Shown: piece by piece, positions 24,385-33,922 of the stretch
How positions within the stretch are numbered: position 1 is the first letter of the stretch
How the letters are laid out: every line of letters begins with the position of its first letter
Origin: Candidatus Eiseniibacteriota bacterium
GTDB lineage: Bacteria; Eisenbacteria; RBG-16-71-46; CAVPCR01
NCBI GenBank assembly: GCA_963823555.1
Contig: CAWGMA010000001.1
Location: forward strand, 1,568,001-1,632,000
DNA: 64,000 bases
Direction: 5' to 3'
Translations under genes and position numbers: made by a program
The notes under the pieces: generated by a model
Seen by the model: the letters and a program-made list of their open reading frames with translations, nothing else
Databases searched by the model: none
What the model was told of the DNA's origin: nothing

Positions 24385-25671
24385 TCAGCGTGGGGCAGCC
24401 GGTACGGTCACGTCTGCCGGGTCGGTGATAACCCCGGTCAGCGCTGTCGCTGCGGCCACGGCCGGATTGGCCAGGTAGACCTGGGCCGACTTGGCTCCCA
24501 TGCGACCCACGAAGTTGCGGTTGGTGGTCGAGAGGCTCACCTCGCCATCGCCGAGGATCCCGTTGTTGCCACCGAAGCAGGGGCCGCACGTGGGCGGGTT
24601 CATCATGCACCCAGCAGCGACCAGATCGGTGATGATCCCTTCCCTGGCGGCGTCGAGATAGACGCGCTGGCTCCCGGGAAAGACGATGACCTTGATCCGC
24701 GGGTTGGTCTTCCGCCCCTTGATGATCCGATGCACAATCCGCAGATCCTCGATGCGGCCGTTGGTGCAGGAGCCGATGGTGACCTGGTCCACCGGTGTCC
24801 CGGCCACCTCCCGCACGTCGACCACATTCGACGGCATGAAGGGCTTGGCCACCTGCGGCCGGATGGGGGTCATATCGAGCTCGATCTCGCGGACATAGCG
24901 CGCGCCGGAGTCCGGGGCGACCGTGGCAAAGGGTCGCCCGGTGCGCTCGCGCACGAAGGCCTCCGTCGCAGCGTCGGCGGCGAAGATCGCCGTCTTGGCG
25001 CCCGACTCGGCTGCCATGTTGGAGATCGTGAGCCGGTCGACGACGGTGAGGTTCATGAGCCCCGGCCCGCCGTACTCGAGCACCTGGTAGTTGGCGCCGG
25101 AGACGCCGATGCGCCCGATCAGGGACAGCACCACGTCCTTCCCGGAGACCCAGGGTCCGAGCGTGCCCTTGAGCGTGACCCGGATCGACTCGGGCACCCG
25201 CAACCAGAGCTCCCCTGTCGCCATCACCGCCGCCACATCGGTATGGCCAATCCCGACCGCAAAGCAGTTCAATCCACCGTAGGTGCAGGTATGCGAATCA
25301 CCGCCGGCGATGAGCTCACCAGGCGCGCAGAGGCCTTCGTCCGGCACCAGAACATGCTGGATGCCGCCCTGACCCATCTCGTAGTAGCGCGTCCCGTAGT
25401 GCTCGGCGAAGAGCTTGACTCCCCGCGCGTTGTTGGCCGAGAGGATGTCCCGGTTGGGCACCAGGTGATCGGGAATCAGGCAGATCTTCTGCGGATCGAA
25501 GACCTCGGTGATCCCGGCCTTCTCGAACTCGCGGATCGCCATGATGCCCGAGAGGTCGGAGGCGGTGACGAGATCCACGCGGACCTCGAGGATCTCGCCC
25601 GGGGTCACGAACTCACGGTCGGCGTGCCGAGCGATGATCTTCTCGGCGATGGTCATCGGATGCTCTGACAT
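24385..25671 (-). CDS. leuC: 3-isopropylmalate dehydratase large subunit (short LeuC/HacA type)
   Basis: MTIAEKI, PDH, DSHTCT, IGSCTNGR, CGPCFG (Fe-S cysteines) and TNRNFVGRMG. Confidence 0.9.
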   Translation of the reverse strand: MSEHPMTIAEKIIARHADREFVTPGEILEVRVDLVTASDLSGIMAIREFEKAGITEVFDPQKICLIPDHLVPNRDILSANNARGVKLFAEHYGTRYYEMGQGGIQHVLVPDEGLCAPGELIAGGDSHTCTYGGLNCFAVGIGHTDVAAVMATGELWLRVPESIRVTLKGTLGPWVSGKDVVLSLIGRIGVSGANYQVLEYGGPGLMNLTVVDRLTISNMAAESGAKTAIFAADAATEAFVRERTGRPFATVAPDSGARYVREIELDMTPIRPQVAKPFMPSNVVDVREVAGTPVDQVTIGSCTNGRIEDLRIVHRIIKGRKTNPRIKVIVFPGSQRVYLDAAREGIITDLVAAGCMMNPPTCGPCFGGNNGILGDGEVSLSTTNRNFVGRMGAKSAQVYLANPAVAAATALTGVITDPADVTVPAAPR

Positions 25672-25760
25672 GCTCTCTCCCCGGGCAGCTCGCCGCCGCC
25701 CGGCTGGGAAGGGTGGCCTGCTGTTGATCTCGTTACGATCGCGCCGGATGCCGAGGCGAC

Positions 25761-26555
25761 TCAAGTCCCGGTGAACGATGGCTTCCGCTTGCCGAGGAAC
25801 GCCCCCATCCCCTCGTGCAAGTCCTTCGTGCTGAACAGCCGGCCGAAGGCCTGAGCCTCGAGCTCGAGCCCGCTTGCGAGCGGACCGTCGAGCCCACGCC
25901 GGATGACCTCGATCGCCGCCGCCACCGCCAGCGGACCGCGGCCGAGGATCGTCTTGAGCATGGTGGTGGCTGCGGGCAGCAGATCGGCGCCCGGGACCAC
26001 CTTGTTGACCAGACCGATCCGAAGAGCCGTCTCGGCATCCACCGGATCCCCGGTCAGGATCATCTCCATGGCCTTGCCCAACCCCACGAGTCGGGACAGG
26101 CGCTGGGTTCCGCCGTAGCCGGGGATGGTGGCGAGCATCACTTCCGGTTGCCCCAGCTTGGCATGCTCGGCGGCCAGGCGGAGCGTGCAGGCCAGCGCCA
26201 GCTCGAGCCCGCCACCCAGGGCATAGCCATTGATGGCGGCAATGCTCGGTTTCGGCATCTGCTCGAGGCGAGCGAACACCGATTGCCCGAAGCGCGATGC
26301 GGCATAGGCTCCCGCGGCATCGAGCCGGTCGAGTTCCTGGATATCCGCGCCCGCGACGAACGCCTTGGCGCCTCCCCCGGTGACGATGATCCCGTCAACC
26401 TCCGGGTCGGAGGCCAGGCGCGCCAGAAGCTGATCGAGCTCGACGAGGACGGCGCGGCTCAGAGCATTGAGCACCGCCGGACGATCGATGGTGACCGTTG
26501 CGATGCGCTCGGCGACCACAAGACGGACCGCCGCCTGAGGGGAATCGGTGCTCAT
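25761..26555 (-). CDS. Enoyl-CoA hydratase (crotonase)
   Basis: AFVAGADI, ALGGGLEL and GQPEV..PGYGGTQRL; ATG at 26555 after GGAAGGA. Confidence 0.9.
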   Translation of the reverse strand: MSTDSPQAAVRLVVAERIATVTIDRPAVLNALSRAVLVELDQLLARLASDPEVDGIIVTGGGAKAFVAGADIQELDRLDAAGAYAASRFGQSVFARLEQMPKPSIAAINGYALGGGLELALACTLRLAAEHAKLGQPEVMLATIPGYGGTQRLSRLVGLGKAMEMILTGDPVDAETALRIGLVNKVVPGADLLPAATTMLKTILGRGPLAVAAAIEVIRRGLDGPLASGLELEAQAFGRLFSTKDLHEGMGAFLGKRKPSFTGT

Positions 26556-26662
26556 CGTTGTCCTTCCTGGCCAGGAAACTGGGATGGGTATCCGGCGCCA
26601 CGGCCCTCGCCGCGGTGCCTGCCCTAGATAGCCTCCCGGGGGGAAGGCGATCAAGCGAAATC

Positions 26663-29014
26663 TCAGGACTCGGTGAGCTGAGCCAGTCGCCATTCGGCCA
26701 GCTCGTACTCGGTCATCGGTTCGATTGGATTGTCCGGATCCGATTGTATGCCCGTGTCCAGGCAACGGCCAAAGAGCTCTCGTGCCTCAGCCAACCGGCC
26801 CGCTCCCAGGTTCACTTCGGCAGCGTAGTAGTAGGCCTCACATGAGCGGCGTGGATCAGCGACATCCGCTGCCGCCGCCAGCTCCGAGGGCGTCACCTCT
26901 CCCGCCAGACATGACAGGACCATCGCCAGCCGGTCATCCTGGAGGATGCCGCGCCGTGCCCTGGCGAGCACACTGTCCGCCTCGGCGTACCGCCCGAGCT
27001 CGCGCAGGATCAGGACCTCGCGAGCGGTGCCGTAGGTGGCGTAGCCCAGAGCCTCCAAAGCGCGGTGATAGTCCGCCACCGCCGCCTCGCGGTGGCCGGC
27101 CATCCAGTGCATTGCGCCGCGGTGATACACCACCCAGGCCGCGCGGCCTTCATCCGCCATCTCGCAGGCGCGCGTGAAGTCATCGATGGCCTGCTCGTAA
27201 TTCTTCAACCGGCGCTGCGCCATGCCGCGGCGATAGCATGCGATGTAGTCGCCTGGCAGCACCGCAGCGGCCGAATCGAAGGCTCCGAGCGCAGCCTCAT
27301 AGCGACCGAGATGCATCAGGATCTCCCCGCGCTGTCCCCTCCAGTAGCCCTCGTTGTCGTCGGTCGCCTCGAGTGCCGCTGCTGCTTCCAATGCCGGCCC
27401 GAACTCTCCGCCCAGTATGGACAGGCGCATCACGACGATCAGGGCCAGCCGATGGCCCGGATCCCTCTCGACCGCGGCGCGCGCGCATGCCAGGGCCCGC
27501 TTGCGATCGAGGCAAGCGAGCGCCCGCATGTACCAGTCCTCAGCCGTGACGAGCTGGCGCGCCTCCTCATCCTCGCTCCAGTGAGCCGCGGGCTGCCAGC
27601 GGCCGAGTTCCGCGTTGAGCTCGCTCATCATCGCGCGGTACGGCCAGGCCCTTGGATCCCGCTTCAGGCCTGCCTCCAGGAGATCGGTGGCGAAACGAAA
27701 CTCACGTGCCCGCACGTTGCCATGCGCCGCAACCAGAACGGCATCGGTGAGGTCCGGATATCGACCAACGGCATCGATGGCCGAAGCAGTACGTACCGGG
27801 TCCGGAGGCTCGGCAAAGAGATAGCAATTGAGCGCGGCAAGCTCCCGGCGCGCTGTCATGGGGTCCTCGTCGAGACCCCACCCGCGCCAGAGAACGAGCG
27901 CGGCGATGAGCCCGACCATGGCGAGGATGGCCGCGCGCACCGGCGGCGATGAAAAACGCTGCAACTCGCGGCGAACGCGATGCCATGACGGCTGGCTCCG
28001 GGATTCGATCAGGATCGGCTCGCCGCGCAGATGGGACTCGACATCGCCCGCCAGAGCTGCCACGGATGGATAACGATCGGGCGGTGCCTTCGCCAGCGCC
28101 CGGAGGACGATCGCATCCAGATCGCCACGCAGAGAGCGATCAACCGTGCTCGGCGGGTTGGGGGGCTGCTCGCACACAACGCGAATCGTCTCCGGAGTGA
28201 GCGTCCCGACATCATGCGGCGGCTGGCCCGTCAACATCTCGTAGAGAATGGCACCCAGCGCATAGACATCCGTACGGACACCGACCTCTTGCCGGCGCGC
28301 ACATATCTGTTCGGGGCTCATGTAACGCGGCGTCCCCTCGACCAGATGGCTCTCCGTGAGACTGGCGCCGCGATCGGGTCGCCTGATCCGGGCCAACCCG
28401 AAGTCGAGGACCTTGGGGTTGCCATGCTCATCGATCAAGATGTTCGTCGGCTTGAGATCGAGGTGGATGACGCCGCGGCGGTGCGCGCATTCGACCGCGT
28501 CGCATATCCGCCCGAACAGCTCGAGGCAAGCACGGCGAGGCAGTGAATGGTCGCGGAGATAGACATGGAGCCAGGTGCCCTGCACCAGCTCCATGACCAG
28601 AAAGTGCTGCCCCTCGGCGGTCTGGCCCGCTTCGTAGATGGTGGCGATGCCTGGATGGCTGAGTACCGCCAGGGCTTCGATCTCGCGCTGGAACCGGCGG
28701 ACATCACGCCGTCCAACGAATGGTCCGCCCTTGAGCACCTTGATGGCCACCGCTCGCCGCGGCGAGACCTGCTCCCCCTCGTAGACGAGGGCCTGGCCAC
28801 CCTCGCCGATGAGGCGTTTGATGGCATAGGCCCCTATCCGTTCAGGGAGTGGAATGGCGAGGGTCAGGTTGTCGGCCGACACGAGTCCGATCTGGGATCG
28901 GATCTCCGCGGCCCGCTCCCGGCATGACGGGCAGGCGGCAAGATGTGGCGCCAGCTCCGGGGCGTCGCGGTCCACCCAGCTCCAGAGCTGCTCACGTGAG
29001 ACCCGGCAACCCAT
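26663..29014 (-). CDS. Ser/Thr protein kinase with N-terminal zinc anti-sigma motif, TM helix and TPR domain
   Basis: HLAACPSC; GEGG, VAIKVL, HLDLKPTN, DFG, GTPRYMSPE; hydrophobic segment; TPR repeats. Confidence 0.9.
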   Translation of the reverse strand: MGCRVSREQLWSWVDRDAPELAPHLAACPSCRERAAEIRSQIGLVSADNLTLAIPLPERIGAYAIKRLIGEGGQALVYEGEQVSPRRAVAIKVLKGGPFVGRRDVRRFQREIEALAVLSHPGIATIYEAGQTAEGQHFLVMELVQGTWLHVYLRDHSLPRRACLELFGRICDAVECAHRRGVIHLDLKPTNILIDEHGNPKVLDFGLARIRRPDRGASLTESHLVEGTPRYMSPEQICARRQEVGVRTDVYALGAILYEMLTGQPPHDVGTLTPETIRVVCEQPPNPPSTVDRSLRGDLDAIVLRALAKAPPDRYPSVAALAGDVESHLRGEPILIESRSQPSWHRVRRELQRFSSPPVRAAILAMVGLIAALVLWRGWGLDEDPMTARRELAALNCYLFAEPPDPVRTASAIDAVGRYPDLTDAVLVAAHGNVRAREFRFATDLLEAGLKRDPRAWPYRAMMSELNAELGRWQPAAHWSEDEEARQLVTAEDWYMRALACLDRKRALACARAAVERDPGHRLALIVVMRLSILGGEFGPALEAAAALEATDDNEGYWRGQRGEILMHLGRYEAALGAFDSAAAVLPGDYIACYRRGMAQRRLKNYEQAIDDFTRACEMADEGRAAWVVYHRGAMHWMAGHREAAVADYHRALEALGYATYGTAREVLILRELGRYAEADSVLARARRGILQDDRLAMVLSCLAGEVTPSELAAAADVADPRRSCEAYYYAAEVNLGAGRLAEARELFGRCLDTGIQSDPDNPIEPMTEYELAEWRLAQLTES

Positions 29015-29148
29015 TCACCCCCCCCGTCGCGGTGGCGACCCTCAGGTTCCATCATCGCCATTCTACCGCAGAAATCTTCCGCCGGTACGGCGGTTCGAAC
29101 GTCATACTGATAGCGGACACTGTCGCGCGCACCCTGATGAGGGAGGCG

Positions 29149-29718
29149 ATGGATCATCCCAACCGGCAGCATTCAGACGCCGATCTCACGCCGACCGTGA
29201 TCGGGCGCATCCGCGCCGGCGATCACGATGCGGCGGCCCTGCTGGATGGCCTCTATCGGCGTCCGCTCGTCCGCTTCTGCTTGGCCTACCTCGGTTCGGC
29301 CGAGGAGGCCGAGGACGCCGTGCAGGACGTGTTCTGCAGAGTCCTCGCGGCAGATACCATTCCCGAGAGCTTTCGGGCCTGGATCTACCGCATTGCTCGC
29401 AATCGCTGCCTCGATCTCCTCCGCGGGCGCGCCCGTCGTCGCGACGATCAACTGCTCCCGAGCGAGGTCCAGGTGGCCGAGGATCTCACCGGCCATCTGA
29501 CCCGGCTCGTCCGCAAGGAGTTGCACTCCCGCCTGCGGCACCTGGTCGCCGGCCTGCCCGCGAGCCAGCGCGAGATCCTTCGTCTACGCTACGTCGAGGG
29601 GCTCTCGCGACGGGAGATCGCCGAGGTGCTCGAGATCCCCGAGTCCATCGTCAAGTCGCGGCTGTTCGAGGGCCTCGAGCGCCTGCGCCGGCATACCTCT
29701 CTGGCCGATCGCTCCTGA
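29149..29718 (+). CDS. ECF RNA polymerase sigma factor
   Basis: AEDAVQDVF, FRAWIYRIARN and REIAEVLEIPESIVKSRL; start at 29137 or 29149. Confidence 0.9.
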   Translation: MDHPNRQHSDADLTPTVIGRIRAGDHDAAALLDGLYRRPLVRFCLAYLGSAEEAEDAVQDVFCRVLAADTIPESFRAWIYRIARNRCLDLLRGRARRRDDQLLPSEVQVAEDLTGHLTRLVRKELHSRLRHLVAGLPASQREILRLRYVEGLSRREIAEVLEIPESIVKSRLFEGLERLRRHTSLADRS

Positions 29719-29891
29719 TCCCGCGCCCTTCGGTTCCCCCCTCCTCCCGCGGGATTTTCTGCCGCCGTTCACCCGAGTGCATCGTCTCTCTTGCGGGGAG
29801 TGATCCCGGCAGCTATCGGACGGCTCCGCTCGCAAGAGACTCCGTAGCGCTCGATGCCCAGGGAGGGTACCGCCGGTGAAAGGAGGCAGGC

Positions 29892-29975
29892 ATGCGCCGG
29901 GCCGGCATCGCCAGAAGCATCCTGGCGATCATCATCGCGACCATGACCGCCGGAGGTGCGGTAATCCTGCGCTGA
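29892..29975 (+). CDS. 27-aa hydrophobic peptide or truncated secreted-protein gene
   Basis: AAAGGAGG RBS followed by ATG; MRRAGIARSILAIIIATMTAGGAVILR*. Confidence 0.4.
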   Translation: MRRAGIARSILAIIIATMTAGGAVILR

Positions 29976-30040
29976 GCGGAAGCTCAGGGGATCTGGCCGC
30001 TCGCTGGCCGCTGGCGATGATCTCCTGAGCTTTCCTCAGC
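29971..30040. repeat. 70-bp inverted repeat made of two internally palindromic units (REPIN-like)
   Basis: GCTGAGCGGAAGCTCAGGGGATC (29971-29993) pairs with GATCTCCTGAGCTTTCCTCAGC (30019-30040). Confidence 0.7.
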
Positions 30041-30061
30041 AGCTTGGCGGCGGGCCGCACG

Positions 30062-30092
30062 ATCGGGCGGGGGGGCCGCTCCCCCGCCCGAT
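30062..30092. terminator. GC-rich hairpin just downstream of the cytochrome gene
   Basis: ATCGGGCGGGGG..CCCCCGCCCGAT inverted repeat; no U-tract. Confidence 0.5.
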
Positions 30093-30105
30093 GCGTCGGC
30101 TCTCG

Positions 30106-31648
30106 CTACTGCCCGTAGCGATCCTGGTAGGCCTTCTTGAGGGCTTCGGCCTCCTCCGGGCTCAGGCCCTTGAGCCAGCGGTGCTCCTCGCCGGTGAGGA
30201 ACTCGGCGATCTTCTTCTCGTACTTGTCCCCGAGCTCAGGACTCCGCTCCCTCGCAGCCGCCACCACGGCCGGCAGGAACTCGGTGTAGAAGTGCTTCGA
30301 CACCTCGTACATGCCGTGCCAGTGCGTGTAGTCAGGACCCATCATGCTTGCCCCGTGGCGGGCGCGCCGGCCCTCGTGGTGCCATAGCTCCCAGAACACC
30401 CACTGCACCTCGTGCTCGAACGGAGCCTCAGGGTTGAGAACGCCGTCCTTGGTGAGCTCATTCATCATGGCCTGTGCCGGCTTCGCGAACTTCTCGTTGT
30501 AGAGGACCACGAGATCGTCGAACTGCTGGTAGAAGTTGTCGACGTAGGTCCCGTTGTGGCAGTTGAGGCACATGCCTCGCATCTCGCTCCGGCGCTCTTC
30601 CCAGGTCACGATCCTGGCAACCTTCCGCGGCACGGTCCGCGACACGAGCTTCTCGTTCTCGACGACCTTCTCCACGGTGTCGATCGTCTCCCCCGCCTTC
30701 GGGACGGGCTTCGTGTCGGGGTAGTCCTCCTTGAAGCCGTCTTCGTAGACGACCATGTTCAGCTTCGTCGAAACCACCGGGCGCAGGGTCCAGCTGATCC
30801 GCTCGCCGACGTCGTGCGTACGACCCCTGGCCACCCCGTCCGGCGTTGCATAGCTCGAGATGTGGCAGGTGGCACAGGTCGGCGCCGCCGAGTAGTCCTT
30901 CCCGAGTACCCAGTCTCCTTCCTTGTCGAGCGCCATGCGATCGCGATTGGCATGGAAGGCGATGCCGTGCTTCGACTCGTTGTAGATCTCGATCTGCGGA
31001 TGATCGGGACCCATGTGGCACTTGCCGCAGTTCTCGGGGGACCGCGAGAGCTTGGCCTCGAAGGCGTGGCGCGAGTGGCAGGCGTGGCAGGAGCCCTTGG
31101 AGCCGTCGGGGTTGAGCCGACCCATTCCGCTGTTGGGCCAGGTCAGGGGATCGATGACGGGCTTCCCCTCCTTTCCGGTCCGCAGCACGTTGCCCTGCGC
31201 ATCACGCTGGAACTTGATGATGCCCCCGTGGCACTGCCAGCAGCCGTTGACCGCATCGGCGATGTTGCCGGGCATGCCCGGCCGCCTTCTCGGCGAGCAC
31301 GTTGTCGAGGCTGGCCAGGATCTCCCCCGCCTTGGCGTGGTGGCTGCTGGCGAACTCCTGGGCCTCCCGGTCATGGCACTGGGCGCAATCCTTGGGGGTG
31401 ACGAGCGCCGACACCCAGGCCCCCTCGTGCCGCCAGGCATCGATCTCGCCCTCCTGGGCGCCGTGACACTCCAGGCAGCCCACGTCATTCCTCGCATGCC
31501 GGGAGTGCTCCCATTCCATGACCAGGGCCGGGGACTGCCGGCGATGGCAACCGACGCAGTCCTCCGCAGCCAGGAGAGCCGGTGGGCTGGATGCCTGGGA
31601 CGACAACAGGATGGCAATCAGGGCAACGGCAAGTCGTGAGCGGTCCAT
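30106..31648 (-). CDS. Octaheme cytochrome c, hydroxylamine oxidoreductase (HAO)-like; one frameshift at ~31278
   Basis: Signal peptide; CVGCH, CLECH, CAQCH, then (other frame) CWQCH, CHACH, CGKCH, CATCH, CLNCH; HMGPDHPQIEIYNESKHG; SMMGPDYTHWHG. Deleting one base of the CCC at 31277-31279 gives EKAAG-MPGN. Confidence 0.88.
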
Positions 31649-31714
31649 CGTTTCCTCCTTGGCCTATAGTGGACCTCAGAGTCCTAATATGAATCCCCGC
31701 GGCCGTCAAGCCAG

Positions 31715-32419
31715 TTATCGGGTGCCACCTGCAACCAGCAGTGCAGAAGCCAGATCGGGCCCATCTTGCTCATGCTTGAAGAAAGCGTAGATATCCACAT
31801 CCCCCGCCGCGAGCTCTCGCAGCCGCCGCGCCCAGCCCGCGATGTCCTCGCTCCCGTAGCTCTCTCGGCGCAGCCGGAGGTACAGGTAGGGAGCGGTCAC
31901 GGCGAGCGTGGGCGAGCTCTCGTCGGTCTCGTTGATGCAGAGGCTCACGGCGCGCTCGCGGAGGAGATCGAGGATCTCGTCATCGAACCAGGTCGGATGG
32001 CGGAACTCGAAGGCATAGCGGTGGCCTGGCGGAAGTTCCGCGAGGAAGCGACCGAGGAGGGCTGCATCCTTCCGCAGGTAGGGCGGGAGCTGGAAGAGGA
32101 TGGGGCCGAGCTTCTCCCCCAGGGTCTCGGCCGTGGTCACGAAGGTGCGCACTGAATCGCCCGCATCCCTGAGCTTCTGGATATGGGTGATGCGCTGCGA
32201 GGCCTTGAGCACGAAGACGAAGTCCGCGGGTGTCGACTCGGCCCAGTTCGCCAGCGTCTTCACCGTGGGCAAATGGCGAAAGGTGTAGTTGATCTCCACC
32301 GCGGGCAAACGCGAGGCATAGAAGGAGAGCATCTTCTTGTCCGGAAGATCCGCCGGATAGAAGCTCCCCTTCCACTCCTTGAAGCTGTACCCGGAGGTAC
32401 CGACCCTGAGGATGGCCAT
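31715..32419 (-). CDS. DUF72 (YecE-like) protein
   Basis: GTSGYSFKEWKGSFYP, VEINYTF, LFQLPP and EFRHPTW motifs. Confidence 0.9.
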   Translation of the reverse strand: MAILRVGTSGYSFKEWKGSFYPADLPDKKMLSFYASRLPAVEINYTFRHLPTVKTLANWAESTPADFVFVLKASQRITHIQKLRDAGDSVRTFVTTAETLGEKLGPILFQLPPYLRKDAALLGRFLAELPPGHRYAFEFRHPTWFDDEILDLLRERAVSLCINETDESSPTLAVTAPYLYLRLRRESYGSEDIAGWARRLRELAAGDVDIYAFFKHEQDGPDLASALLVAGGTR

Positions 32420-32542
32420 CGGACTCCTCCTCTGTTGCTGTCACATCCTCGCTAGCCCCACGGAGCATGCAGAAGGACCGGCGCCCATGCTATGGTTTTG
32501 TCCCGGGTGAGCCCGAGGGTCGCCTGCCGGTGCGAGGATGCC

Positions 32543-33826
32543 ATGACGGTCCCCCTCCAAGCCCCTCTCGAGTTCGCCAGCGGCGAGCGCTACGATCCGG
32601 GCGCGGTGCCCTATCGCGCCAGCATCCTCCGACCAGGGCGCCGCCCGCCGGCCGACCTCGAAACGCGCTTGCTCGAACGATTGCGCTTACCGACCGCCGG
32701 CCCGCCGCTCGTGCCCCATGCGCCGGCGCTCGTGCTCGTCCCCGATGCCACTCGCGCCACGTTCGTGCGTCCCATGGTGGGCGCGGTGATCGAGCATCTC
32801 CTCGACCGGGGCCTCTCCCCCGCCGACGTCCATGTGCTGATCGCCGGCGGCCTGCACCGTCCTCCGAGCCCAGAGGAACTCCGGAAGCTCATCGGCCCCC
32901 GAGTCGATGGGGGCTATCGCGTTCACCTCCATGACGCCGACGATCCGGCGCTCATCCATTGCGGAACCACGCGGCGAGGCACCCCGGTCTGGCTCCCGCG
33001 TCTCGTCACCGAGGCCCGCACGCTGGTCATCGTTGGCGGTATCACTCCGCACTACTTCGCCGGGTGGACCGGCGGCTTGAAAGGGCTCGTGCCCGGGGCG
33101 GCTGGCCGCGCCACGGTCACGTCCAACCATCGCCTCGCCGTCGCCCCCGATCTCCCGGGAGGCCTCCACCCGGCCTGTCGAGAAGGCGTGCTGCGCGGCA
33201 ATCCGGTACAGGCCGATCTCGTCGCCGCCGCCAGATTCGCCCCGCCATCGTTCCTCGTCAATGTCGTCCTCGGCCGCGAAGGCGAGCCCCAGGCCGTCAT
33301 GACCGGGAGTGCGAGTGAAGCACATCGTGCCGGCGTGACGCTGGCGCGACGGGTCGTCGGCGTGCGCGTCGAGCCCTTCGACCTCGCCATCGTGGGCGCG
33401 GGCGCTCCAGGGCGCGAGCGCGACTGGATCCAGGCCCACAAGGTCGTGCGCCAGGGTGCGGCGTGCGTGGCCGACGGCGGCGTCTTGATCGCCCTCCTCG
33501 CCTGTCCGGACGGTGTCGGCTCCGACACCCTGCTCGACTGGTTCGACGTCGATCCGCACCGACTTGCCACGGAAGTGGCGTCCCGCTACACGCTGCACGG
33601 GCACACCGCCCTGGCCATGCGAGCGCTCACCCGCCGCATCCGGGTCCTTCTCGTCACCCACCTGGCACCCGAGGTGGTGCACAAGATGGGCATGCTGCAC
33701 GCTGCCTCGCTGGACGAAGCGTTGTCCGTGGCCGCCGCCACCCTTTCCCCAAGAGCCCGTGCGCTGCTGCTCCCCCGGGCGGGAACGCTCCTTCCGCTCC
33801 AGCCGGTCCTCAAGCTCGCGCATTGA
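32543..33826 (+). CDS. LarA-family nickel-pincer-dependent racemase/epimerase (DUF2088)
   Basis: PDATR, GGLHR, HDAD, GTTRRGTPV, PHYFAGWTGGLK, NH and QAHK motifs. Confidence 0.85.
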   Translation: MTVPLQAPLEFASGERYDPGAVPYRASILRPGRRPPADLETRLLERLRLPTAGPPLVPHAPALVLVPDATRATFVRPMVGAVIEHLLDRGLSPADVHVLIAGGLHRPPSPEELRKLIGPRVDGGYRVHLHDADDPALIHCGTTRRGTPVWLPRLVTEARTLVIVGGITPHYFAGWTGGLKGLVPGAAGRATVTSNHRLAVAPDLPGGLHPACREGVLRGNPVQADLVAAARFAPPSFLVNVVLGREGEPQAVMTGSASEAHRAGVTLARRVVGVRVEPFDLAIVGAGAPGRERDWIQAHKVVRQGAACVADGGVLIALLACPDGVGSDTLLDWFDVDPHRLATEVASRYTLHGHTALAMRALTRRIRVLLVTHLAPEVVHKMGMLHAASLDEALSVAAATLSPRARALLLPRAGTLLPLQPVLKLAH

Positions 33827-33922
33827 CGTTGAGGCCGTCCTGCGCCACGCTCTGGGTGATCCTATCCGTCCCCCGGGCACCGCCGCGCGGCGCGCATCCC
33901 GGTCGCGCCGAGGAGGAAACTG

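Noticed and set aside
29973..30020. Selenocysteine readthrough of the small ORF TGA
   Set aside because: Readthrough adds only 14 residues before another TGA, with no redox motif, and the hairpin includes the stop itself.
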